Positions 40,413-49,524 of a DNA stretch of 57,253 nucleotides are shown here, one piece after another. The notes under the pieces are model-generated. The model was not told where the DNA came from and did not search any database. It was given only the letters and a program-made list of their open reading frames with translations. Origin of the DNA: a bacterium (lineage in GTDB: Bacteria > Planctomycetota > UBA11346); NCBI GenBank assembly GCA_020047915.1, contig JAIFND010000079.1:1-57253 (forward strand), written 5' to 3'. Made by a program: the position numbers and the translations under genes. Position 1 is the stretch's first letter. Every line of letters begins with the position of its first letter.

Positions 40413-41105
40413 TTAGCGTTTGTTTCCACTATGCAGCCCGCATTCCTTGTGCCCCGGATCCTCCCACCACCAGCGGCCTTCGCGCTCGTGCTGGTTGGGC
40501 AGGGTCGGGCGGGTGCAGGGTTCACAGCCGATTGAGATGAAGCCGCGCTCGTGCAGTTCGTTGAACGGCAGGTCGAGGGCGCGGATCACCGTCCACACCT
40601 GATCCGAGGACTGCTCGGCCAGCGGGTTGAACTTCATCAGTTCGCCGCCGCCCAGGCCACGGAAGGCGGGGTCGGTCTGCACCAGCGGCAGGGCGGTGCG
40701 CGTCGCGCCCTGGTCCTTGCGCTGGCCGGTGATCCAGGCCTTGAGCGTTCCGAGATGGCGGCGCAGCGGCGCGACCTTGCGGATGTCGCAGCACTCCTGG
40801 TGGCCGTCGGTGCGGAACGAGAACAGGCCCTTGGCCTTGACCAGCGCCTCGACCGCGGCGGCCTCGGGGAACAGCACCTCGATGCGCAGGCCGTAGTGGC
40901 GTTCGACACGGTCGAGATAGCGGTAGGTCTCGGCGTGCAGCCGGCCGGTGTCGAGGGTGAAAACGCTGAAGGGCAGGCCGCTCTGTTTGGCGTATTCGAG
41001 GACGACGACGTCCTCGGCGCCGCTGAAGGCGATGGCGCAGTCGGCGCCAAAGGTCTTCAGGGCGTGGGCGACGAGATCGGCGGGGTCGGTGAGGTGCATG
41101 ATCAT
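40413..41105 (-). CDS. cysH: Adenosine 5'-phosphosulfate (APS/PAPS) reductase
   Basis: [48 protein letters not shown] plus CxxC indicates the Fe-S APS-reductase type. Start 41105 or 41099. Confidence 0.93.
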   Translation of the reverse strand: MIMHLTDPADLVAHALKTFGADCAIAFSGAEDVVVLEYAKQSGLPFSVFTLDTGRLHAETYRYLDRVERHYGLRIEVLFPEAAAVEALVKAKGLFSFRTDGHQECCDIRKVAPLRRHLGTLKAWITGQRKDQGATRTALPLVQTDPAFRGLGGGELMKFNPLAEQSSDQVWTVIRALDLPFNELHERGFISIGCEPCTRPTLPNQHEREGRWWWEDPGHKECGLHSGNKR

Positions 41106-41267
41106 TGCCACTAGGGGTTAGGCCGGTCCATTGCCCCTAGGGGTTAGGCCGATCCATTGCCCCTAGGGGTTAGGGGTTAGGGGTTAGGCTGCGGACTAAA
41201 CCCTGTGGCAATGGCGGTGCAATGTCCCTAACCCCTAACCCCTGTGGCAATGGGAATTGGGGCAATG
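41103..41267. repeat. Composite repeat: 26-bp unit x3 containing TTAGGGG heptamers, plus inverted arm
   Basis: CATTGCC(A/C)CTAGGGGTTAGG starts at 41103, 41129 and 41155; the third copy is expanded to (GGGGTTA)3. Inverted CCCTAACCCCTAACCCCTGTGGCAATG at 41226-41252. Confidence 0.9.
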
Positions 41268-41268
41268 G

Positions 41269-41877
41269 CTAAATGAGATTGCGTCCGTCCGGCCCCGCCA
41301 CCGCTTCGACCTTGGCCCGCAACATGCGCAGGGCGTGGAACATGCGGCTGCGCAGGGTGCCCAGGCTGACCCCGCCGAGGATCTCGCTGGCGGCCTCGTA
41401 GGTCATGTCCTGGTACACCACCAGTTCGATGATCTCGCGGTAGATCTGCGGCAGTTCGCCGACCGCGCGCGCCATCACCTCGGCCGCCTCGCGGCGCTGC
41501 AGGCGCTCGCCGATCTCGCTGGCGTTGCGGTCGGGCAGGACCGGGGCGCCGGGCGTATCCTCGTCGGCATCGGCGAAGGACACCTGGGGGCGGCGGTTGC
41601 GCGACTGCAGCCAGTCGAGCGCGGTGTTGCGCGCCACGGTGTAGAACCAGGTCGAGAAACGGCGCGTCGGGTCGTAGCGGTCGGCGCGCTGGAACACCTT
41701 GACGAACACGTCCTGGCCGATGCACGCGGCCTGGTCGTAGTCGCGCACGATCTGGTAGAGATAGGCGAGGATCGGCCGGCGGTAGCGCTCGTAGAGCAGG
41801 CCGAACGCTTCCAGGTCGCCGTCGCGGCAGCGCTCGGCCAGGCGTTCGTCGCTGTCCTCACCGGGCTTGGCGAGCAT
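41269..41877 (-). CDS. ECF RNA polymerase sigma factor
   Basis: SDERLA..GDLEAF..LYERY, QDVFVKV, FSTWFYTVARN, LPQIYRE, SLGTLRSRM. Confidence 0.92.
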   Translation of the reverse strand: MLAKPGEDSDERLAERCRDGDLEAFGLLYERYRRPILAYLYQIVRDYDQAACIGQDVFVKVFQRADRYDPTRRFSTWFYTVARNTALDWLQSRNRRPQVSFADADEDTPGAPVLPDRNASEIGERLQRREAAEVMARAVGELPQIYREIIELVVYQDMTYEAASEILGGVSLGTLRSRMFHALRMLRAKVEAVAGPDGRNLI

Positions 41878-42777
41878 TCAGGCCAGCGTCGCGTCGATCA
41901 GCAGGGTGTCGCCGGGGCGCACCGGCTCGCGGAAGGCGATGCGGCGCAGACTGGCGATGCGTGGCACGCCGCCGTCATCGGCCAGGACCAGCTCGCGCAC
42001 CTCGGCGACCTCGCTGCCGTCGGGTCGTTTCACGCTGCCCGAGGCGGTGCACGACTTCACCCCGAGCCGGCTGGCCGCGACCCACGCCGCATCGGCGACC
42101 GAGGCGAGCTGGGTGACGCCCATCATCAGCGGGGCGCCGGGGAAGTGGCCGGCAACGAAGGGGTGGTCGTGCGGGTAGGTGTACGCGCAGACGATCTTCT
42201 TCGTCGACGCGTCCCACGAGACCACGCCATCGACGAAGCGGATCGGGCGCTCCTTCCAGCCGAAGTCGCTGATCGGCTCGCTGGCGGGCAGCGGCAGCGG
42301 CTTGGGCGGACGGCCGGAGACCTCGGCCAGGGTCGAGACGCCGCTCATCACCTCGGCCTCCAGCACCTTCTCGCCGTCAATCTCGGCCCAGGTGCCGAAC
42401 ACGGTGAAGGGGGCGCGGTCGCGGGTGATCTCGGCGTGGCCGACCAGCTTGCCGGCGAAGGGCACCTGGCGGTTGAACACCACGCGCGAGATCGAGCTGA
42501 ACACGGCGACGTTGCCAGCCGGCGCCAGGCGCGGGGTGAGCAGCGGGATGCCGGTCAGGGCGAGGAACTCGAAGACGAAGGGCTCGTACCAGCAGGCGCG
42601 GCCCTGCGCGTCGCGCCGGCCCATCACCAGGCGGCCGCGCGCATCGCCGGGCAGGACGGTGGCGGTCGAGCGGGCGACCTTGCCGCAGTCGTGCACTTCG
42701 ACCAGATCGGGCAGCATGTTGCAGCCGCGATGCGGGAGGTGCGATTCGAGGGCCTTGGGGTCCAGTTGGAGGGGCAT
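41878..42777 (-). CDS. Tandem (double hot-dog) FabZ-like dehydratase
   Basis: Domain 1: LPHR...FEFLALTG...FNRQV...IDGEKVLEA. Domain 2: FVDGV...FVAGHFPGAPLMMGV...FREPVRPGD. Confidence 0.8.
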   Translation of the reverse strand: MPLQLDPKALESHLPHRGCNMLPDLVEVHDCGKVARSTATVLPGDARGRLVMGRRDAQGRACWYEPFVFEFLALTGIPLLTPRLAPAGNVAVFSSISRVVFNRQVPFAGKLVGHAEITRDRAPFTVFGTWAEIDGEKVLEAEVMSGVSTLAEVSGRPPKPLPLPASEPISDFGWKERPIRFVDGVVSWDASTKKIVCAYTYPHDHPFVAGHFPGAPLMMGVTQLASVADAAWVAASRLGVKSCTASGSVKRPDGSEVAEVRELVLADDGGVPRIASLRRIAFREPVRPGDTLLIDATLA

Positions 42778-42820
42778 CCGCGCAACGGTCAGGCGTGGAG
42801 GGCGAAGCGCAAGACGCAGG

Positions 42821-43366
42821 TCAGCCCCGCGCGATGGCCCTGGCCAGGGCGCGCGGATACAATTCGCGCTCAGCGGCCTGCACCCGTGCCGCCAGGGTGT
42901 CAGGGGTGTCGCCGTCCTCGACCCGCACCGCCAACTGGTCGATGATCGGGCCGGTGTCGTAGCCGCCGCGCACCACATGGACGGTGCAGCCGCTGACCCT
43001 GCACCCGTGCGCCAGCACCGCCTCGTGGACATGGTGCCCGTACATGCCCTTGCCGCCGAAGGCGGGCAGCAGGCTGGGGTGGACGTTGATGGTCCGCCCG
43101 GCGAACTCGCCGGGTGGATCCCAGAAGCGCATCCAGCCGCACATCGCCACCCACTGCGCGCCATGCGCACGCAGCGCCTCGGACGGATCCTTGGCCACGA
43201 CGCACGGGTGGCCGAGCCTTTTCGCGCGCTCGATGCCGTAGGCGTCGGGCCGGCTGGCCACCACTACCGCGATGGTCGCGGGCAGACTGCCATCGGCGAT
43301 GCGGTCGGCGAGGTTCTGGTAGGTGGTGCCGGAACCGGACAGGAGGATGCCGAGGCGTTGCGTCAT
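42821..43366 (-). CDS. purN: Phosphoribosylglycinamide formyltransferase
   Basis: ILLSGSGT, INVHPSLLPAFGG, GCTVHVV..YDTGPII, AERELYP. Confidence 0.95.
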   Translation of the reverse strand: MTQRLGILLSGSGTTYQNLADRIADGSLPATIAVVVASRPDAYGIERAKRLGHPCVVAKDPSEALRAHGAQWVAMCGWMRFWDPPGEFAGRTINVHPSLLPAFGGKGMYGHHVHEAVLAHGCRVSGCTVHVVRGGYDTGPIIDQLAVRVEDGDTPDTLAARVQAAERELYPRALARAIARG

Positions 43367-43393
43367 CACGGGCATGCTGAGGGGGATTGGGGA

Positions 43394-43483
43394 AATGCCA
43401 AATGCTGGAATGTCGGAATGCTGGAATGGAAAGACAGACGGCTGCCCGTATTCCAGCATTTCAGCATTCCAGCATTTGGCATT
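43394..43483. repeat. Octamer (AATGCTGG/CCAGCATT) inverted-repeat element
   Basis: Arms at 43394-43427 and 43450-43483 pair at 31 of 34 positions. Confidence 0.9.
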
Positions 43484-43507
43484 CGTGGCAATGCGTTATC
43501 CTCGGAC

Positions 43508-44083
43508 ATGCCCCTCGATCCCCAACAGCAGGCCGAGGTCGACCGCCTGGTCTCCGAGCGCGTCGCCGAACTGCGCGACCGCGAACGCCTGCGCTTGTGG
43601 TTCTGGCTGTCTTGCGCCGGGCTGGTCCTCGCGCTGGTGATCGGCGGCGGCATCGCTCTGGTGGTGCGGGAGATCGGCCAGATGCGCCAGCAGGTCGCCC
43701 AGCAGGCCGCCGCATTCGAGGCCGCCCAGCAGGAGTATCAGCGCCAGCTGGCGCACGACCGGGCGATGCAGGTCGAGCGCGCCGCCGCGGCCAAGGTGGT
43801 CGGCTACCAGGCCAACCAGTCGGCCCCGGCCTACAACGCCAACCTGCTGCGCGGCTTCATCGACTTCATGGGCAAGAGTGGCGAACTGCGCGAGCGCCTG
43901 CAGCACCTCGACGGCAACGACCCCGAGGATCTCGAACGCTTCGCCGGTGATTTGGAGAAAGTGCTGCACCAGGGCCTCGGCACGCTCGGGCAGGTGGTGT
44001 TGCGCAACACCGAGCCGGTGCCAGGCCCCGGTCCGGAGAAGCCTGCGCCGGCGACGCAGAAGTCCCAGCCAGCTGCGCAATAG
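43508..44083 (+). CDS. Hypothetical single-pass membrane protein with coiled coil
   Basis: TM WFWLSCAGLVLALVIGGGIALVV, Gln/Ala coiled coil, GC3-rich codon usage. Confidence 0.7.
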   Translation: MPLDPQQQAEVDRLVSERVAELRDRERLRLWFWLSCAGLVLALVIGGGIALVVREIGQMRQQVAQQAAAFEAAQQEYQRQLAHDRAMQVERAAAAKVVGYQANQSAPAYNANLLRGFIDFMGKSGELRERLQHLDGNDPEDLERFAGDLEKVLHQGLGTLGQVVLRNTEPVPGPGPEKPAPATQKSQPAAQ

Positions 44084-44120
44084 CTTCTGCCATCAGACAG
44101 CGGCCTGAGATAGTGGCGGC

Positions 44121-46214
44121 ATGCTTCGTCATCTGCTGACCATCCTGCTGCTCGCTCCGCTGAGCGCTGCCGACCCGCTCGACATTCCGCGTCTCGACGG
44201 CATTGCCATCGATGGCAGTGGCGAGGATTGGGGCGAGCGCGGTTACCACATCTCTGCCCTGTCGTGGGCCACCCAATGGGGGCCCTTGCCGCGTGCTCTC
44301 CCCGATCCGGCCGACCAGGCGCTGGACATGCGTCTGGGCTGGGACGATCACGGACTGCTGCTGTGTGTCGAGCTGCGCGATGACCGCTGGCACGCCGCTG
44401 ATCAGGACGGCGCCCTCTACACCCGCGACAGCCTCGAGCTCTTCCTCGCCGCTGCGGATGGTACCGGTCTCTACCAGCCGGTCATCGGCCCCGATGCTGG
44501 CGCGGCCCATCCCGTCGCGCGCTGCTTCGTGCACCAGCGTGCCGGTCGCGATATCACGGTGGAATGGAAGATGAGCAGTCAGGATGGGCGACGCCTGATC
44601 GAGGCGCGTCTGCCGTGGGCGGCGCTGCCACTGGTGGCGCAAGTCGGAGCGCTGTGTTCGTTCCAGGTGCTGCACAACGACTGGGACGGGCCGGGAAGCA
44701 ACCGTCGGGCGGCCTGGGCCGTCCCCGGCGAACCGGCTGGCAAGGGGCGTCGCGTGCTGCGCCTCGCCGGGGCGCCAGGACCGGCGAGCGACACGGCGAT
44801 CTCGCTGGCGCCCGAGCGCTGGCGCCGTCTGCGCGTGCTGGTTGAGGCGCCGCCCGCGCGGGTCGGCGAGGCCGTCGTGATGCGGCTGGGTGATGCAGAA
44901 CTGGGTCGGGCGCGGCTTGTGGCCGAGGCCGGCCGCGCGGTCGCGTCCTTCACCGTGCCGTTGCCAGCGCCGGGATCCGCGCTGGCCGGCCTGCACGCCA
45001 GCCTCGGGGACGCTGCGCTCGACCTGCCCGGCCTGGGTGATCTGGATGGCGATCGGAGGAAAGCCCTCGAACGCCTCGAATTCGAAACTGGCTGGGTGTT
45101 CACCGGGGCGGCCTTCCCGACCGTCGATTTCCGCGACGCGAACCTCGCCGACGACATCACCGGCGGCTACGACCTGCGCACGCGCTGGTTCGACGCGGCG
45201 GGACAGCCCTGCTCGGTACCGCAAGCTACCGGCCGCTACGGAGCACTGGTCGAGGTGTCCGGTGGCGACGGCACGCTGCGGCTGCGCCGTTACCTGACCT
45301 GCTACCGCGTCAGCGCGTGGCAGCAGGACTACCGCACCTGGATGTTCGGCGTCCCCGGCTGGGCCGGTCTGCCCACGGCCTTGCCGCAGGGGCTGGGTGC
45401 GCTGCCGGTGTGCGGAGAGATCCAGGTTGGACGCATCCTGCGCAGCGCATTCGTGCGGGAGCCGAATGCCGCCCGCCTGCTCGCGGCGCGGGACGAGGGG
45501 ATCGACCCCATGCTCGCCGAGCAGGCCGACCGCGCGTGGTGGTGGCGCGTGCGTCGTGACCTCACGCTGTTCGCCGACATGCCCTACGCCGAATTCCTGC
45601 CCGAGGGCTATGAGCAGGACGCCCAGCGGCGTTGGCCGCTGGTGGTGTGCCTGCACGGGTCCGGCGGCAGCCAGCAGGGCGATGTCGCCAAGCTCGCGAC
45701 CCGGCAGGCCGTGGCCTTGGCGCGACGTTCGCCCGGCTTCCCCGCCCTGGTGCTGCAGCCGGCCAATGTCGAGGAGTATCAGCCGTTCCGTGGCGAGGGC
45801 CTGTGGAACGAGGCAGCCCTCGACGATCTGCTCGACCGCTACCTGGCGCAGCGGCGGGTCGATCCGACGCGCATCGTCCTGGTCGGTTTCAGTCGCGGTG
45901 CCATCGCCACCTGGATGTGGTCGGCAGTACGGCCCGAGCGCTTCGCTGCGATCGCCGCCGTCGGTTTCCGCGGCGACCGTGAACTGGCCTACCGCTATCG
46001 CGGACTGCCCGTGCATCTGGTGTTCGGCGATGCCGATCAATTGACCCCGCCTGACGAGATGGCGGCGATGCAGGCCGAGCTGGCCGCCCAGGGCGAGGCT
46101 GCCCTGACGCGCTACCCCGGCACCGACCATCCGGGCGCCGAAGCCAAGGCCTTCGCCGATCGGACCGTCATCGACTGGCTGCTGGGTCACCAGCGAGGCG
46201 TCCAGGCGCCCTGA
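44121..46214 (+). CDS. Secreted CBM9-like plus alpha/beta-hydrolase (putative carbohydrate esterase)
   Basis: Signal peptide; IAIDG..EDW, LGWDDHGL, DSLELF, EARLPW (CBM9_1-like); PLVVCLHGSG, GFSRG nucleophile elbow, GDAD, YPGTDH. Confidence 0.8.
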   Translation: MLRHLLTILLLAPLSAADPLDIPRLDGIAIDGSGEDWGERGYHISALSWATQWGPLPRALPDPADQALDMRLGWDDHGLLLCVELRDDRWHAADQDGALYTRDSLELFLAAADGTGLYQPVIGPDAGAAHPVARCFVHQRAGRDITVEWKMSSQDGRRLIEARLPWAALPLVAQVGALCSFQVLHNDWDGPGSNRRAAWAVPGEPAGKGRRVLRLAGAPGPASDTAISLAPERWRRLRVLVEAPPARVGEAVVMRLGDAELGRARLVAEAGRAVASFTVPLPAPGSALAGLHASLGDAALDLPGLGDLDGDRRKALERLEFETGWVFTGAAFPTVDFRDANLADDITGGYDLRTRWFDAAGQPCSVPQATGRYGALVEVSGGDGTLRLRRYLTCYRVSAWQQDYRTWMFGVPGWAGLPTALPQGLGALPVCGEIQVGRILRSAFVREPNAARLLAARDEGIDPMLAEQADRAWWWRVRRDLTLFADMPYAEFLPEGYEQDAQRRWPLVVCLHGSGGSQQGDVAKLATRQAVALARRSPGFPALVLQPANVEEYQPFRGEGLWNEAALDDLLDRYLAQRRVDPTRIVLVGFSRGAIATWMWSAVRPERFAAIAAVGFRGDRELAYRYRGLPVHLVFGDADQLTPPDEMAAMQAELAAQGEAALTRYPGTDHPGAEAKAFADRTVIDWLLGHQRGVQAP

Positions 46215-46266
46215 CCGCTGGGGAAGAAACAATAACGCTCTCACCTCGGGCCGCGCCAGCCGGTGC

Positions 46267-47061
46267 TTAGCGCTGGCGGGCCAGCCAGCGGCGTGGGCTG
46301 TCACCCATGACGGTACGGAACTGCCGGCTGAATAGGAACAGGTCGGCATAGCCGAACTCGGCCGCCACCGCGCCGATGCTGTCGGCCGACAGCAGCCGCT
46401 CGGCGGCTTGGCCGATGCGGTGCCGGACCAGCCAGGTGCGCGGGGCGCAGCCGTAGGTGCGCCGGAACAGGCGGGCGAACCAGGTTGGCGACATCGCCAG
46501 TTCGCGGGCCAGGGCTGCGGGTGCCAGGCGGGCGGCGGGGTCGCGGTCGATCAGCGCCAGCACCGCCTGCTGGTCGCCCGCATCGAGGCCGCGGGTGGCG
46601 CGTGCGGCGATGCGTCGCAGATCGCTGAACAGCAGCACCAGCAGGGCGCGCAGGCGCGGCTGGCGGTCGGGCTGCTGCGCCGTCCAGGTGCGCCGGAGGT
46701 CGTCCAGGCGCGGAGCCAGGGCGCCGGCGCCGGGGATCACGGTTGGCAAGGGGGGTGGCGGGGCGGCCAGGGTGAAGCGCAGGTTGCGCTTGGCGAACCA
46801 GCGGCGGTCGGCGCGCTGGCGCAGGATCTGCACCTGGCCGGCCGGCACCCACAGGGCGTCGCCGGCGGCCGTGCGCAGCGCCCGCCCAGCGACCTGACCG
46901 ACCTGGCCGCCTTCGTGGACCAGGTGCAGCATGTGGTCGTCCAGCACCCGCCGGCCCATGTCCCAGCCGGTCTGGCGGTAGCGGGCGCACAGCGTCACCG
47001 TCAGCGGGGTCGCCGGATCGGCCAGGGCGTTGAGCCAATGCTGCCATGGGTCGTCGCTCAT
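46267..47061 (-). CDS. AraC-family transcriptional regulator
   Basis: Cupin-like N-terminus; LARELAMSPTWFARLFRR, VAAEFGYADLFLFSRQFR. Confidence 0.92.
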   Translation of the reverse strand: MSDDPWQHWLNALADPATPLTVTLCARYRQTGWDMGRRVLDDHMLHLVHEGGQVGQVAGRALRTAAGDALWVPAGQVQILRQRADRRWFAKRNLRFTLAAPPPPLPTVIPGAGALAPRLDDLRRTWTAQQPDRQPRLRALLVLLFSDLRRIAARATRGLDAGDQQAVLALIDRDPAARLAPAALARELAMSPTWFARLFRRTYGCAPRTWLVRHRIGQAAERLLSADSIGAVAAEFGYADLFLFSRQFRTVMGDSPRRWLARQR

Positions 47062-47132
47062 GCGGTCATTCTAGTGCAAGTCATCGCGACTCCAGCCATG
47101 GCCGGCTATGGCCCCCGGCGTAGGGTGGCGGC

Positions 47133-48668
47133 ATGCGCGCCATCATGATCATGTACGACACCCTGTGCCGGCGGTTCCTTGAGCCGTACGGGGGAACCGA
47201 CACCCTCACCCCGAACTTCACCCGCCTGGCGCAGCGCACGGCGCAGTTCCAGAACTGCTATGTCGGTTCGATGCCGTGCATGCCGGCCCGCCAGGAGATC
47301 CATACCGGCAGGTACAACTTCCTGCACCGCGCCTGGGGGCCGCTCGAAGGCTTCGACGATTCGATGCCCGAGCAGCTGGCCCGCGCTGGTATCCACACCC
47401 ACCTCGTCACCGACCACTACCACTACTGGGAGGACGGCAGCGGCACCTACCACAATCGCTACCAGACCTGCGGCTTCGTGCGCGGCCAGGAGGGCGATGC
47501 CTGCTTCGGCTGGGCCGGGCCGGTGGCCGACCGCGAGCGTTGCCGCCACCGCGGCGGGGCCAAGGCGCGCTGCGGCTTCGACGACATGACGACCCAGGAC
47601 TGGGTCAACCGCACCCAGTTCACCAGCGAGGCGTCGATGCCGCAGACGCGGACCTTCGACGAGGGCCTGGACTTCGTCCGACGCAACGCCCCCTTCGACC
47701 AGTGGTTCTGCCAGATCGAGACCTTCGACCCGCACGAGCCGTTCTTCACCCAGAAGAAATGGCAGCAGATGTACCCGCATGAATGGGACGGCAGCACCCT
47801 CGATTGGCCGGGCTACGAACGCCACGATGGCGACAGCGCGCGTCTGGAACATCTGCGCTGCATGTACCGCGCCCTGGTCTCGATGTGCGACGCCAACCTC
47901 GGGCGCGTGCTCGATCTGATGGATGAGCTGGACCTGTGGAAGGACACGATGCTGATCGTGAACACCGACCACGGATTCCTCCTCGGCGAGCATGACTGGT
48001 GGGGCAAGTGCCGCATGCCGTGGTACCAGGAGGCGGCGCACATCCCGCTGTGGGTGTGGGATCCGCGGGTAGGCGTGGCCGGGGTGCAGCGCCAGGCGCT
48101 GGTGCAGACCATCGATCTGGCGCCGACCCTGCTCGAGTTCTTCGGCCAGCCGATCCCGGCGAACATGCAGGGGCGGCCGCTGCGCCCGGTGCTGGAGTCG
48201 GACGCGCCGCTGCGCGACGGCGCGCTGTTCGGCATCTTCGGCGGCCACGTCAACTGGACCGACGGCCGTCAGGTGTACATGCGCGGGCCTGGGCGGGGGG
48301 GCAACCAGCCGCTCAACGAATACACCACCATGCCGACGCACATGCGCAGCCGCTACAGTGTCGAGGAGCTGCGCGGCTGGCGGCAGCACGGCCCCTTCGT
48401 CCACACCAAGGGCTGCCCGGTGATGGCCTTCCCGCGCGGCGCATCGAGTTGGATCGTCGAGCAGGAGACGCGGCTCTACGATCTGCAGCAGGATTACGCG
48501 CAGAAGGCGCCGCTGCACGACCGTGCGCAGGAGGCAGCGATCATCCCGCTGCTGGTGGCGGCGATGGCGGCTTCCGACGCCCCGTCCGAGCAGTACCAAC
48601 GCCTGGAGCTGCCTGCGCCGGATGGCTGCGATTCCGCGGCGGCGCTGGCCGCCTGCCGCGCCACCTAG
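47133..48668 (+). CDS. Formylglycine-dependent sulfatase (Cys-type)
   Basis: IMYDTL, CMPAR..HTGRY, FDPHEPF, TDHG..LGEH..WGK, IDLAPT. Confidence 0.93.
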   Translation: MRAIMIMYDTLCRRFLEPYGGTDTLTPNFTRLAQRTAQFQNCYVGSMPCMPARQEIHTGRYNFLHRAWGPLEGFDDSMPEQLARAGIHTHLVTDHYHYWEDGSGTYHNRYQTCGFVRGQEGDACFGWAGPVADRERCRHRGGAKARCGFDDMTTQDWVNRTQFTSEASMPQTRTFDEGLDFVRRNAPFDQWFCQIETFDPHEPFFTQKKWQQMYPHEWDGSTLDWPGYERHDGDSARLEHLRCMYRALVSMCDANLGRVLDLMDELDLWKDTMLIVNTDHGFLLGEHDWWGKCRMPWYQEAAHIPLWVWDPRVGVAGVQRQALVQTIDLAPTLLEFFGQPIPANMQGRPLRPVLESDAPLRDGALFGIFGGHVNWTDGRQVYMRGPGRGGNQPLNEYTTMPTHMRSRYSVEELRGWRQHGPFVHTKGCPVMAFPRGASSWIVEQETRLYDLQQDYAQKAPLHDRAQEAAIIPLLVAAMAASDAPSEQYQRLELPAPDGCDSAAALAACRAT

Positions 48669-48677
48669 CCGCGCCGC

Positions 48678-49442
48678 TCAGCTGCGCGGTGGCAGTCCGG
48701 CGATGGTCCGCGTGAGGCCGGCGGCGGCGCGCTTCAGCGGCTCGGCCAGGCGCAGCGCGTTCGCGTCATCGGGGCGGCGTGACAGTCCGAGGGCGGCGAG
48801 GCAGCGGTGGAAGCCGTCGAACACCGGCACCGAGACGGTGAACACCGCCGGATGGTTCTCGCGGTCGTTGACCGCATAACCGGCGGCGCGCACCGTCTCA
48901 AGCTCGGCGGCCAGGCGGCGGCGGTCGGTGATCGTGCGTGGGGTCAGGCGTGGCAGCGGCAGGGTGGACAGCAGGGATTCCTGCTCGGCCAGCGGCAGCC
49001 AGGCCAGCAGCACCTTGCCGTTGGCGGCGCCGTGCAGCCACGAGGTGCGGCCGAGGGTGGAGAAGGGGTCGTCGGCCGGCCGGCCGGCCGGGCTGTCGAC
49101 GGCGATCGCCAGGCTGCGTCCGGCATGCAGCACCGACAGGGTGGCATCGCAGCCGGTGCGGTCGCACAGGCGGCGCAGCACCGGCAGGGCATGGGCGCGC
49201 AGCGGATGGCGCGACATCACCCCGCTGGCCAGGGCCAGCACCTGCGGCGTGGCGCGGTAGCGGCGAGCGTCGTCGCGCGCCGCATAGCCAGCCGCGACCA
49301 GGGCGGCGAGGATGCGGTGCGCGCGGCTCTTGGGCCAGCCCAGGCGCGACGCCACCGCGCTGACGCCCTGCGCCTCGCTGGCGTCGCTGAGCAGGGCGAG
49401 CAGGGCGAGTCCGTCATGCAGCGGGCGTAGCGCGGCAGGCAT
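48678..49442 (-). CDS. IclR-family transcriptional regulator
   Basis: HTH GVSAVASRLGWPKSRAHRIL, LHGAANGKVLLA, TPRTIT, GYAVNDRE. Start 49442 or 49457. Confidence 0.92.
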   Translation of the reverse strand: MPAALRPLHDGLALLALLSDASEAQGVSAVASRLGWPKSRAHRILAALVAAGYAARDDARRYRATPQVLALASGVMSRHPLRAHALPVLRRLCDRTGCDATLSVLHAGRSLAIAVDSPAGRPADDPFSTLGRTSWLHGAANGKVLLAWLPLAEQESLLSTLPLPRLTPRTITDRRRLAAELETVRAAGYAVNDRENHPAVFTVSVPVFDGFHRCLAALGLSRRPDDANALRLAEPLKRAAAGLTRTIAGLPPRS

Positions 49443-49449
49443 GCCACCA

Positions 49450-49498
49450 TGTTCCATATGGCGGAACACAGTCCAGCGATTGGAACTCTTTTGGAACA
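49450..49498. promoter_or_regulatory. Probable IclR operator array
   Basis: TGTTCC-N7-GGAACA palindrome (49450-49468), second imperfect AGTCCA-N5-TGGAACT, extra TGGAACA half-site. Lies between divergent iclR and kinase genes. Confidence 0.6.
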
Positions 49499-49524
49499 CA
49501 TGCGCGGAGCTCCACCATGCCGGC

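Noticed and set aside
41103-41267. Eukaryotic telomere contamination or mini-CRISPR
   Set aside because: It is embedded between co-oriented bacterial genes, has an inverted arm like the other local elements, and has no unique spacers.
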